NCBI GenBank assembly: GCA_963693365.1
Contig: CAVNZM010000005.1
Location: 4,781,167 to 4,845,166, forward strand
Source of the DNA: Amoebidium appalachense
Taxonomy: Eukaryota > Protista > Ichthyosporea
Direction of reading: 5' to 3'
DNA length: 64,000 nucleotides
Position numbers and translations under genes: made by a program. Under the pieces are notes generated by a model that saw nothing but the letters and a program-made list of their open reading frames with translations, was not told where the DNA came from and ran no database searches. Below, in pieces: positions 37,691 to 50,539 of the stretch (positions are counted from its first letter, which is position 1; every line of letters starts with the position of its first letter).

Positions 37691-38582
37691 AGGGGGGGGG
37701 GGGGGGGGGGGGGAGGGGAGGGGGGAGGGAGGGTAAAACAGGTATCGGCGAGAAGGCTGCAAGCGCACGTATTTGTACATTTCAAACCTCAGTGAGTCAG
37801 GAATTTTGACCCAACCCGCTGATTGGAGCTTAGATTCCAAACAGTCGCAAACACGGTTTGAAACACCCGGTTGCTGATTGGCTTCCTAAAAAGGGAGCAT
37901 TCGATTGGTCTAATGGACCAGTTGGCGCGAAATAGTATCTGAACGGATCTACGCTCGCGAGGCTCACTGTTCGGCGTGAGAGACCAGCGCCGCGGGGCCG
38001 CCGGCGGGTATTACGTCAAGTTCATGACCACTTGCTCAGAAAAATTACGATTAACAAATACTTGGCATTTAGATTTATAATCATAAAAATATTTTTGCTT
38101 CTATGTTATGAAATACCTAGGCTATATACGCAGGGTCGCTTGTGAATGGCTTTCTGAGGTCACACCTGTTTTACCTGCAGCTGTCTGATCATGTAAATGA
38201 TGTAATTACATGGGCCATGTGACAAAGGTTTTATAAAGTAGCTCCGGTGCAACCATTCCATGTGTAACGTAACCACTAGTGGCCAAAGGCTGCTACTGTA
38301 GTGTCTTTCCCTGGCATGCAGGAACAAGCAGGGGCCTATTTGTTTGCGTGAGTCCCTTGCCTGCCTTCCAGCAGTGCTGTTGCTCAAGCACCAAGATCCG
38401 TGCCCATATATATGGCTCTGGAGTGCTAATATTATATGATCAATATATATATGCTCGGTATGACACAGGGGAGGAGGGAGATTAATAAGGAACAATATCC
38501 CGTGACGGGGGGAGGGAGGGGGAGTGGGGAGGTGGGGTAACTAATAAGACCATAAAGGTGGGTAGGTGGGTGTGTGGGGTGT

Positions 38583-38613
<31 letters not shown>

Positions 38614-39371
38614 GGGGAGGGGGGGGGGGGCGGGATCCGGCCCGGAGGGGAGGGGGGGAAGGGGGGCCCGGGGGAGGGGGGGGGGGGAGGTGTTACGCCA
38701 CACGGGGGGGGGGGGGGGGGGGGGGGGGGGGAAGGTAGGTTACACCGTAACGGAGATCCGGTGGTATGGGCCGGGGGGGGGGGGGGGGGGAGGGGAAGAG
38801 GGGGGGGGGGGGGGGGGGGGGAAGAGGGGGGATTATACTACATGAATGAGAGCCAGGTATTGTGCGAGTGATGACGGGGTGCAATGATATTTTTTTGCTA
38901 GTCTCAGAGTCAGGGTGCCGGACTTGTGTGTGTGCCCTTCGTGTGTGTGTACGTGCAAGCGTGTGGGCTGAGTGTGTACGTGTGTCCGTGTACGAATACT
39001 TGTGTGTCTGTGTGTTTGCAAATGTTTACAAGGCATAGCATTGTGAGTGAGACAGAGTCTGTTTAAAGTTGTGTGCCACGGAAAACGTGCGGCTGGCTTC
39101 AATAAAATTTTCATACTTGGAGACCTTCTCCGAACCCTTCCCTAGCTGCTCCCCCTTTAAAAACATTCTCCCCTACTGCCAATCTTCTCAACTTCTCAAC
39201 CATCATGGAACATAAGTATCTATCCCACACATACACACACACATTTACAACCTTGCGCTTTTTATCAATGTTTCTCTGAACTTCACGCTGTAGAGCGGAT
39301 GGGGTCTATGAGGAGTGATTGTGTATGTGTGTGTGTGTGTGTGTGCTTCGGTGTGTGTGTGTCACACGATA

Positions 39372-39407
<36 letters not shown>

Positions 39408-39859
39408 CATGCGCGCCCAGCAAGTGTGTGTAGCGTGTGTGTGTGTGTGTCACGTCAGTGTGCAAGTGTCGTGTTTGTTTTTCTGTGTGTGTGCATGTGC
39501 ACGGTTGTGTGTGGGGTGGCGGTGGGTGGGTGGTGTTGTGCTACGGTAGGTTTTTAAAAGGGGGAGGGACGGGGTGGGGGTGGGGGGGAGGGAGGGAGGG
39601 AGGAGGATACCTGCACGGTCTGAGAAGTGTGAAGGGGAAGGGGAAAGGGGGGTGGGTGAAGGAGGTGGGCCGTGTTTGCTTATTTGGCACGGCATTTCTG
39701 GTGTTTGGGTATCTCTAAATTTGAGCTTCAATTAATGGAGTTATTGTCTTTTTACTCCCTCCCCCCCCAACCCCTCCCGCACTTGCGCACACACCCATAC
39801 AAGGGCATGCAAAGTCAACACTCCCCCCCCCCCCCCCCCCCCCCCCCCGGGCCTGCACA

Positions 39860-39913
<54 letters not shown>

Positions 39914-40263
39914 TATACATTCAGAAACACACGCACACACATACACACACATCATACACAGACACAAACCCACACACACCCACACCCACCCACCCACCCA
40001 CCCACACACACACACGCGCGCGCGCGCGCGCACATGCATGCACATTGCGGTGTGCAAAAGCCACATGTCCCCGCAGGCCAAAAACCACCGTTCATTGGAC
40101 TGGTTTCTGTTTTTGTGTTTAGAATGTGTTTGAAATTGACTACCCTAACATTCTCGGCCTCGTTTATATAGCAACGTTCATGCAGAGTACAGAATCTGTA
40201 GTGAACATGCATGGCACGTGCACTATGATTAAAAGTTTGTTCAGTGATCATAACAGGGTCCCA

Positions 40264-40301
<38 letters not shown>

Positions 40302-41325
40302 AGGCCCCCCCTTCCCCTCTCTCCCCCTCCCTCTGCAACCTCTCCCCAAATGGACGAAAAAATGGCATGACAAAATTTCTATGATAATTTGGGCTATGGA
40401 TCTTACAAAATTCAAATTATCTTAATCTCATTCACCCCCTGTATGACGAGGACCTATAATTGCAATGGCTATTGATCTGGGTTTTCAAGTTGGGAAAACA
40501 CGTGGGAAAGTAGCACTTGCTGCTTGTTGCTCACAAACACAGTGAAAACCTTGAAAGGGGGATATATTGCACGTTTGAAATAGCACAGAGCTTCGGAAGC
40601 ACCGATAAATCCTATATCATAGCCTGTTAGTGAATTTGTCATTTAGTTAGACTAAGCATTAACACCGACTTGAATGCTTGATTGTGGTGCTGCCACTGGT
40701 GCATGTATACTAGTGTGTGTTGTGTTTGTGTGAACTTCTCCTTCATTTACATGGAATTCCTGTTCATGTAATGATAGATTCTTATTAATTTCCAATTTAT
40801 GATATGCTAAAACTCCAAATTTCCGGATTTTTGACATTTTCTGTATTTAGAATTTTAATATTTTCATCTTATATCCTGACGAAAGCTTGGAATAAGAGTA
40901 GAGAAGAGAGGACGAGGAGAAGGGAAGTACACGGAGGAGCCCTGTACTTGTGTGTGTTGTGTTTGTGTGTGTCACCATACAAATGTTATGCTGGTAAGTT
41001 TTTGATTTTGCAGCTGCCAGCCAGCCATGCAAACGGGCCCCAGCTGTTTTGGAAAGCGGCATAGCAGTGGGCCAGCAGGGTTCACTTGGACTATTGAAAT
41101 TGCATTGATTAGCTGTGCCAGACGACTGATCATGTTCATGAACGACAACGAGAGCAAGCACTGCAATTGGGGGTCCAGCCGTTGGGTGGGTGGGTGGGTG
41201 GGGGGGTGGGGTGGGGGGGGGGGTGGGGGGTGTGGGGGGGGGCAGGTTGCTTGGTGAAAAAAAAAACCTGACTCATGTACCGGTGTCAGTGAAAAAATTT
41301 CCCGGTGCAAACATTTCCTGTGACA

Positions 41326-41362
<37 letters not shown>

Positions 41363-41748
41363 TGAGTTTGTGGGTGGGTGGGTGGAGGGCTGGGGAGAGG
41401 GGTGGTGGTTTTTTTTTTTTTTTTTTTCTTGGGGGGGGAGGAGGGGGGGGGGGGGGGGGGGGGGGGATATTCGTAAGTATGCGCATGCACGAATTGCATA
41501 CCGATATGTCAACTGGATAAAATCAGAGAATACATTTATTGAATCCACTTATTGTAGTATTTATTGTCCTTTTTAATGTTACCGTACTGTTAATAGCCTC
41601 TTGCACCTACCCTAAATATATTTTACATTCGATATTCAATAGAACTGCTCAAGCCGTTACAGCGTTTGGTATAGCACCATATTAATAACACGCATGACAT
41701 TATTTATACAAAATTTGCAGACTATGTTAACATGCTCGCCTTTGTTCT

Positions 41749-43308
41749 TTAGTTCTGGATTCCCAGCTCGCAACCATAGCCTGTGCATGGCTCGGGCGTT
41801 GGCTTTGGTGGGCAGGTGGAGACGGTGGCCGTGATAGTTTGGGTGGTGGTGGTGGGCACAAAGGCGGTGGTTGTGGTGGTGGCCACCAGCGTGAATGTGG
41901 CCGTGGTGGTGGTGGGCACGACCTGCATGGCCGTGGTGGTGGCCGTGGCCGTGGCCGTGGTGGTGGTCGGCACAAACGCCGTGGTGGTGGCCGTGGCCGT
42001 CTGCGTCAGCGTGTGGGTCATGAACATGGTGCGGGTCTTGGTGCACGTGGTCGTGACCACGGCTGTGGTGGTGGTGGGCACAAGCTGTGTGGCCGTGGAC
42101 GTGACGGTCTGCGACTGTGTGGTGGTGGCCGTGGCCGTGGTGGTGGTGGGCACAAGGTTGGTGGTGGTGGCCGTCTGCACCAGCGTGGCCGTGGTGGTGG
42201 CGGTCTGTGTGACGGTGTTGAACTGGGTGGTGCGGGTGGTGACGGTGGTAGGCACAATGGCCGTGGTGGTCTCCGTCACAAGCACCACGTTCGTGCTCGT
42301 GCTGGTGAGGGTTGTGGGCACCACCTGTGTCTGTGTGGTGGTAATGGGCTCAAGCGCGACCGTGCGGGTGATGGTGGCCGTGAGGACCTGGGTGGTGGTG
42401 GCAGTTTGGGTCTTGACGAGGGTGAGGGTGGTGGAGGCAACGGTGGTGGTGGTGGCCGTGGTGGAGAGGATTTGGATGGCCGTGGTGGTGGCTGTCAGCA
42501 CCTGTGTGGCGGTGGACGTCTGTGTCTGTGTGCGGGTAATGGTGGTGGGCACCAGAGCAGTGGCGGTGGTCGTGAGTATTTGGGTGGCTGTTGCAGTGAG
42601 TGTCCTGGTCGTGGTCGTGGGCACAAACTGGGTGGCCGTGGTGGAGACAGACACTGTCGCGGTCTGTGTCTGTGTGAGTGTAGTGGGAAAGTACTGGGTT
42701 TGGGTGGCAGTGAGTGTTGTTGTGAGGGTGGCGGTGGCGGTGGTGATTGCTGTGACGGTAGTGGGTACGAGTTGGGTGGCAGTAGTGGTGATAGGCTGGG
42801 GCACGACCGTGCGCGTGGTTGTGGCCGTGGCTGTGATGGTGGTGGGCACGTATTGCGTCTGCGTGGCTGTTACGGTAGCCGTTGCAGTGAGGGTGGTGGA
42901 CCTGGTGTACGTGGTGGTGTATGTGGTTGTGAGGGGCTCGGGAAGGATGGTGCGTGTGGTTGTTGCTGTGGCCGTGAGGGTGGTAGGCACGGTAATTGTG
43001 GTCGGGACGGCCTGCGTAATGGTCGCTGTTGCGGTGATTGTCGTGGGCACAATGTTGGTGGCGGTGGTGGTGGCCGTAGCAGTGACTGTGGTTGGGACAT
43101 ACATGGTGGATGTCTTTGTGACCGTGGCACAGGTGGTTGGATCCGGATACACCGGCTTGTTATACCCACCACTGTGGTAGTTTGCAGGCTGGTAGACATA
43201 ATCGACCTGCTGTTGCTGGTAGTACTGCGGCTGCCTGACCGGATAGAGGGCGGACACTGATTCGAGGCCGGCATAGGCCACAAGAACGGCGGTAGCTAGC
43301 TTGTACAT
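41749..43308 (-). CDS. Secreted Thr-rich repeat (mucin/adhesin/wall-like) protein, 519 aa, copy 1
   Basis: caccATG at 43308; signal peptide MYKLATAVLVAYAGLESVSA; Q/Y-rich head; many VPTT.T.T repeats; Cys-containing C-terminus; TATAAATA about 100 bp upstream on the minus strand; intronless CDS. Confidence 0.85.
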   Translation of the reverse strand: MYKLATAVLVAYAGLESVSALYPVRQPQYYQQQQVDYVYQPANYHSGGYNKPVYPDPTTCATVTKTSTMYVPTTVTATATTTATNIVPTTITATATITQAVPTTITVPTTLTATATTTRTILPEPLTTTYTTTYTRSTTLTATATVTATQTQYVPTTITATATTTRTVVPQPITTTATQLVPTTVTAITTATATLTTTLTATQTQYFPTTLTQTQTATVSVSTTATQFVPTTTTRTLTATATQILTTTATALVPTTITRTQTQTSTATQVLTATTTAIQILSTTATTTTVASTTLTLVKTQTATTTQVLTATITRTVALEPITTTQTQVVPTTLTSTSTNVVLVTETTTAIVPTTVTTRTTQFNTVTQTATTTATLVQTATTTNLVPTTTTATATTTQSQTVTSTATQLVPTTTTAVVTTTCTKTRTMFMTHTLTQTATATTTAFVPTTTTATATATTTAMQVVPTTTTATFTLVATTTTTAFVPTTTTQTITATVSTCPPKPTPEPCTGYGCELGIQN

Positions 43309-44306
43309 GGTGCCGCTGGGCTGTACGGGCAAATGCTAACTGACGCTAAAAGTACATATACGTACAGGCGTGAAATGCGTGATGAAGGGCAGAGGGTAGT
43401 GGCGATGTTTATTTATACTGCGAAAAGTAAGCCGAAAAGTGCATACCAAGAGGGCTTTACAGCTTATTGATTGGCTAACGGAACCAAATTTGGCATATAC
43501 TGTGCGAAAGCCATCATTCATTGGCCGATCTCGACGGATCCGGCTATTCGAACCGCACGAAAAAATAGGGTCAAACCCTAAACAATACTGAGCTGACCAG
43601 AGTTATATATACATATATATATCAAAACTTGCTACATTTGTACAACCAACAAGCGAGGTAACTTGGTCGTGAAACTGGACAGGTTGTACGCCACTCATCA
43701 AGGGCGAACCTCCCGCCGCAGTGGCCGCACAGCAGCTCGATTCGCTTGTTTGACGCTGCGCAAGAACTTCGATGATCCGTGGCACCATCAACATTGATGT
43801 TGGTGACTCAGAAGAAGAGCAGAAATACCAGCCAATACGCTCTTTCTCTTTTTTCTCTTGGTCATACTACACGTGCACAGCAAGCCTTGAGCCTGGAATC
43901 TCCTGTCATGGAAGACTCTTAGACTATATATAACTGTGAATAAACAGCTAAGCCGCAGCTACAACTCGATGTGCACTAATTGAGGGGGGTGCGGCATGCC
44001 AGGAGCTACTACTAGAGAGAAGGGGGGGGTATGATTGGAGGGGGGGGTGTTCAGCTAACCTTATATGGATAAAGCAAAGTTACAAGGATTCAAGCCATTG
44101 GTTGGGCAAGACCCCTTTTGCCGAATATGGATAACAGATCATACACTGCTGTAGGCGGCGGTCAGGAATTGGCGCGCTCTTTACTGGTCACAACCACCAG
44201 TCCGGGAAGGCCATGAGCAGCATTGCCGAGCACACTGGAATACGGGAATGTTTGCGGTAACGTAGTCGCACTAGGGGGGCAGGGGGCCAGGCCCCAAGTG
44301 TTTAAA

Positions 44307-45699
44307 ATGAAGCCAGGCTGCCCTAAGGGCACAACACAGCGCCCTGGGCATAAAACAGGCGGAGCTAGGGAGGGAGCTGGGCGCAAAAAAAAAAAGATGC
44401 TGCATTTGTTCAGCCTTTAGCGAACTTTGCAGGTTTTGGGACGGCAAACAAAGCTGTTTTGCAGGAACTAAACGTAAACGTACAACCCGAACAGCCCCCT
44501 CTATCTAAGGCCGCCGACATAAGGGCCCGTGTAGTTGAGGCAGGTAGCGTCCATTCGTTACCAAGAGAAATGGATCGGGCCCCTGCTCCACACCCACCAG
44601 ACATACAGGTGCAACCCGACGAGGAACCTTTGCTAAATGCAGCAGCAGATGCGTACCGGGTAGACGAGGATGAAGGGGAGGAAGAGGGAGAAGATAATAC
44701 GGACGGGGATGACGGTGGAGAGGAGTTTTCTGACGCGGCGGGCGAAACAATCAAGTCGCACCTGCACACAGTGAAAGAGAGTCTCAAAGATGAGAAGACG
44801 CCTGTGGGGTGGCATCTTCCACCTCCCATTATAGGCTTTAAATTTGGGGGCGATCCAGCGCCTTTCTACAAACCCAGATGTTTTGCCTGGCTTCCGGAAA
44901 GGTTGTCTCCCGGTTTCATGGTGCCGTGCCCCTTCGATGATCACTACGTGGACCCCCACAACCACCCCAACCCACACCGTACTTCTCGCAATGGGTTCAT
45001 GAGCAACCCCGTAGGACGGCGTGTTATCGACTTTGACAGCTGCTACTACATTATCACGGCCCGGTACTTTTGTGACACATGCAAAAAAAACTTTGCCGGC
45101 ACAAACCCCCAGACAATTAAACGCCTTCCACTCTTCATGCGTGATCAGTTTCCGGCCTACCTTAGCCACCGCAGTGGGCTCGACCTAAAGGTGGTAACAT
45201 TGTTGCGTGCACTGGCAGACAAAGGTGTGGGCCCAAACGCCTTTGCCACCCTCCTCTCGGAGCTCCACAAGCAGCGATACGACGAGCAGCGGCTCCTGTA
45301 TTACTCGAGGGCGCTGCATTGGACCAAGTATGAACTCAAAAAGCGTAACGATTTCCGCCCCCACGACCAGCGCCTGACAGAACTTCCCCCAGAGGAGCAG
45401 GCGGCTAAGTTCTCGGCGTTTGGTGACAAAAATGGTTACGCTGGACATGTGCCTTCAGGCAAGTGTGCACTGCATTTTGGGTGTGTAAATGGTCCCCATT
45501 GTTTTGTATGCACGTGCTTGGGCATTTTTTGGGTTGGCTTGGTAGGGTTTTGTTTTATTATTTTTTATTTTTTTTTTAGGGGGGGGGGGGGACTTGGAAA
45601 TGGGTTTTGGAAGTGTGGTCAATAAGTTTCTATTATGGTGGTGGTGGATGTGTGGTGGTGGATGTGCGCCTGTGAGTGTGCGTGTACTTGTGGGTCCGT

Positions 45700-45749
<50 letters not shown>

Positions 45750-45813
45750 GGGGGGAAGGGTGATGGATTAGGTGGTGGTGGTGGCAATCAGTCATGGTGG
45801 TGGTGGTGGTGGT

Positions 45814-45845
<32 letters not shown>

Positions 45846-45994
45846 GGGCAGAGGGATCATCAGAGGGGTGAAAGCATAACGGTCCATGTACCAGTGAGTG
45901 TGCTTGGGAAATCGTGGAGAACTGTTATGCCTGAAATTAGATGGTGGGTGTGCGCATGTGTGTCTGTGTGTGTTGGGGGAAAGGAGGTGGAGAG

Positions 45995-46033
<39 letters not shown>

Positions 46034-46710
46034 GGGGGGGCAACATGGTGGTAGACTGGATCTTGGTGGCGGTACTTAATGGTTATTATAGTAGTGGCAG
46101 GAGGGTGTGGGGGGAAGGGCAAACGGACGTGCAGGGGACAAACTGCAGATGGGGCACAAAGGGGAAAGAAGGTGAAAGTTGGTGCAATGACTTGGAGGGT
46201 TTGCGCGCGCCGGGAGGCGGGGGGAGGGGGGGGGGGGGAGGGGGGGGGGGGGGGGGGGGGGGGGGGCAAACGGCCGGAGATGGGTGTGTAGCGTTTTTGA
46301 GATGGGAAAAGCCATACAGACTTACGAAAATACAGAGAGGTGAGATGAACACGAGGGACTAGAGGGAATGGGGGGGATGGTCCTGATGGGAGGGTGGTGG
46401 AGTTCTAACAGTACTTGGGGTTCAGGCAAATACCTGAGTGCCGTGTATACTGAGTTCAGCGACCGCACGGCAAAGTACCAGAGCCTGGACACGCAGCTCA
46501 AGCCCGTAAACAACGTGCTCAAGGCCGACCACACCTTCCAAATTGGGAAGCTCACCGGCATCAATGGGGAGCCTCTGTACCGAGGCCTATGGACTTGTGT
46601 AAACGAGCTTGGCGGTGTGTGGTCCCTCCTCTTCTCCCCCCCTCCCCCCACTCTCCCCCAGGCCCCCTTCCCCCCCCCCCCCCCCCCCCCCCCCCCCCAC
46701 ACACGCCCAC

Positions 46711-46741
<31 letters not shown>

Positions 46742-46979
46742 ACACACGCCCCCCTCCCCCCCCCTCCCCCCCCCCCTCCCCCCTCTAGGGCCTTTAAATC
46801 TCTTAGGCTCCACATTTAATGAGGTGGCACACTGTGAGTAGAGGTTTGTAGTATGTGGGTTTTGGGGACAATTCTTGCCCTGTCGAGCAAAAACTAGGAA
46901 GCTCCAGATATGTGTGTATGTGTTTTTGCTGGGTAGAGATTGGGGTGGGCTGGGGTGGAGCTTTCTTTTGGCGGGGAAT

Positions 46980-47029
<50 letters not shown>

Positions 47030-48519
47030 AGCTTCTGCCAAGCAGAATGGGAGTAGGGGCCAGTGATTGCAAGGGATGCAGGGGGGGGGGGGGGGGGGGG
47101 GGGAGAGACACCACCGTCGGGGTTGAAGGTAGAGAGGGCAAGAGGCCCGGGGTGGGGTGGGGGGGGGGGGGGGGGGGGACAGTAGGTGCCATATGGAGGG
47201 CTGTCCCATGGTTTGGGGGGAGGGGGAGTGGGGAAGGATCGTGGGCACATGGGTTTGGGGGGAAGGCAGAGAGGGGGAAAGGATTGTGATCACAAGGGTT
47301 TAGGGGGAGGAAGGGGGAAGGATTGTAGGTACATGGGTTTAGGGGGGAGGGGGGGGGGAAGATTTTGGGGGAAAGGGAGGCCTGGGGAAAGTATGTGGGC
47401 ACATGGGTTTGGGGGGAAGGAGGGGGAAGGGTTTTGGGGGAGAGGGAGGGGAAAGTATGTGGGCACATGGGTTTGGGGGGAGGGAGGGGGAAAGGATTGT
47501 GTGGGCACTGAAGTCTCGTGAAGGGCCATGTGGTAAGGGAAGCTAGAACATGCATGGCTGCTCGGAGATGCCCTCTCACACAGTGCGGCACCCCAGAGAT
47601 CCGGGCGCAGGTATTTACACGGGACTGCAGCCACCAGGAGATTGAGCCCGTGATCCAGCGCATCTCTGCCACCACGGCGGCGCTCAACAGCAAGGGCCCG
47701 GCCTTCTTCTACACAGATCGGTGCTGCCAAGACCGGGCGTTTGTTGAGCGCATGTTTCCAACCCTAGCCCGGCCAAAATGCCCCGTCCGTCTGAACGAGG
47801 CTGCGCTGGTAAGCGTGACGGACGGTCTGCCTGGGCTGGAGCTGCCGGCCAACTACCCTAAGCCGGTGTACACCGACTGCCAGGGGGCGGTGGTGGCTAC
47901 AGCGGCCATTCGTGCCGACCTGGAGGGGCAGCAGCACCGCGTGGTGGGGCTGGACTGCGAGTGGGTCTATCGGGTGGGCCAGGCGCGGTCCAAGGTTTGC
48001 ACGCTGCAGATTGCCACCGCACGGGCCGTGTACATCTTCCACTTGGCACGCATGGGCCCCAACCACAGCCCGCCCGCGCGGCTGGTGGACGAGCTGATTG
48101 CGCTGCTTAGGGACCCCAGCATCATCAAGGTGGGCAAGCAGATCGGCACGGACTCGGCCCACCTCAACAAGGACTACGGCACCCCTGTGGCCAGCTATCT
48201 GGAGCTGGGCCGGTTCTGCTATGCCCGTGCAGCTATCACCTCTGCGGCCCGGGGCTTGGCCGACATCACTGCCCAGGTCATAGGCAAGAAGCTGCCCAAG
48301 CCGGCACTTGTTCGATGCTCCAACTGGCACGAGCCGCTATCAGAGGTGCAGGCCACCTACGCTGCCCTTGATGCATATGCGTCCCTGCAGGTCTACTCGG
48401 CCGTGGTCGATAGGCCAAACCTGTCAGGTGTGTATCCCACCTGCTTTTTGCCCCAGTGCTTATGTGCTTATGCCAGATATAGAAAGATTTTGGGCCCCCC
48501 AGAGGAGAGGGGAGGGGGA

Positions 48520-48555
<36 letters not shown>

Positions 48556-48646
48556 GGCTGACCACATGGGCCAGTGTTCCAGTTGTGTTATGCTGGGTGT
48601 CGGGTGGCTATCAAAGGAGGGGGTGATTGGTGGTGGTGGTGGTGGT

Positions 48647-48684
<38 letters not shown>

Positions 48685-49716
48685 CTATAGCACTGTTAAC
48701 ACGTGCAAGTGCCACACAAGCTGGGCACTGGGAGGAGGGGGGGGGGAGGGAGAAGGGGGGGGGGGGGGGGGGGGGGAGAGGGGGTTGCTAAGGAATATGC
48801 ATTTGATTTTTGTGGAGCGAAGAGAAAAACGTTGGTGCTGTGGCTTTTTGGCTGAGTTTTTTGCTTCCCTCTATGACATGCAGCGCGGCTTCATGCAAAG
48901 GCACTCGGTGAAGGGGTTGAGATTGTGCCCCGGCGGGGCCCACATGCTGCAGCAGCCACCGGGGTGGTGCTGGCTGTGCAGCCGGAGCGCTGGGGGGGCA
49001 TGAAGGTGGGCAAGAAGCATGCAGTGGTGCGGGTGGATCAGGTGCTGTCGCCGGCCATGCAGGTGCCCTTTGGCCCCGACAAGGGCAAGACCCTGGGAGA
49101 GCTGGGCCCGCCGCCCTTTGAGCTGATGGTGCACCTGCAGTGGCTACGGCCCATTCAGCCCCCACCGGACCCAGGTGCCGAGGTGCCGGTGGTCCCTGAC
49201 CCAGCCCCTCCCCCTGCCGAGCAGCAGCAACCCCTTGCCGGCCCACAGGCACCCCCCCAGGACCCCCAGGCAGCCCCGGGGGGCCTTGAGGCAGCCCCAG
49301 GGGGACCCGAGGCAGCTCCCAGAGAGGGCATGTTGGGCCAGGCACCGCCTGGGGAGGTGGTGTGGCAGACTGTGCTGAATGACGCCTTCCACTCCATTGC
49401 AAACACGGCGGACGGCACGTACAAGTCACACCCCCGCAGGGCTGAGTACGCACGCGCACTCAGCGAGGCAATATTTGTGTGGAATGAAGAGGATTACGGA
49501 CATGTGAAGGTGCCCCCCCCCCCCTCCCCCCCCCCCCCAAAATAAAAAATAAAAAATAAAAATAAAAAAAACGGCAACAACAACATGCGTGACTGACGCG
49601 CACACACACATACACTCGTTAGCACACACTCACCATTCCACCCACAACCATGCACACCTTCGACAAAACTTCTGAGGGAAGAGAGAGAGCCTGAGCCTCA
49701 GAGAGAGGGGGGGGAA

Positions 49717-49754
<38 letters not shown>

Positions 49755-50304
49755 GGGGGGGGGGGGAGGAGAGTGGGGGTTATTCATATGCCTAGAGAGA
49801 AATAATGTAGGGTTGTGGGGGGAAAGAGCCACATGCATTTTTTACTTGTGTTGGGGGAGAAGATGGGGGGGGTGGAGGGGAGGGGGTCCTACAATAACGG
49901 CAGGTATCAAAGTCTACCAAACCCAAATTGCAGTGTGCGTAGTAAATTAATATTGGCATCCTGCCTCACAGGGGGTGCTGGAGCAGAAGGGCATCGACAT
50001 TGAAACCGAGCTCAAGGGCGGCGACCTGAGCTACTTCATGGAGCGCATCCGGCGGGTTATTCCCGACCCATACACGCTGGTCTCGCGGCTGGTGGAGTTC
50101 AAAAACACCTACAAGGATGTGCCGCCCGGACCGGATGGCAAGCCTCTGTTCAAGAAGGATGGCTTTGAAAGACTCGAGGCAACATCCCCCCCCCCCCCCC
50201 CCCCCCCTCCCCTGCAGGCGCCCAACAACTCCACCACCACAGAAAAGATTCTTCGCTTATTTGTCATCCTTGGTTCATCTGCACACACACGCACACCCTA
50301 GCCT

Positions 50305-50335
<31 letters not shown>

Positions 50336-50339
50336 ACAT

Positions 50340-50409
<70 letters not shown>

Positions 50410-50482
50410 CCCGCACGGCCCTTGCTGCCTAGCCAGTTGTTTTTTGCCTTTCCCTGCTCGTTTTTTTCCTTAGCAACCCCCA

Positions 50483-50539
<57 letters not shown>

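Noticed and set aside
40584-40605. GCTTCGGAAGCAC resembling the U6 5' stem-loop
   Set aside because: It is not followed by ACAGAGA or other U6 sequence.
41783-43260. Long Val-rich and Gly/Arg-rich ORFs antisense to the Thr-rich genes (also 56667-58307)
   Set aside because: Shadow ORFs caused by ACC/ACG/GCC codon bias; only the Thr frame has a signal peptide and a good start context.
43530-43570. GGTTCGAAT (minus strand) as a tRNA B-box or Dada target
   Set aside because: No T-stem, A-box or cloverleaf can be built around it.
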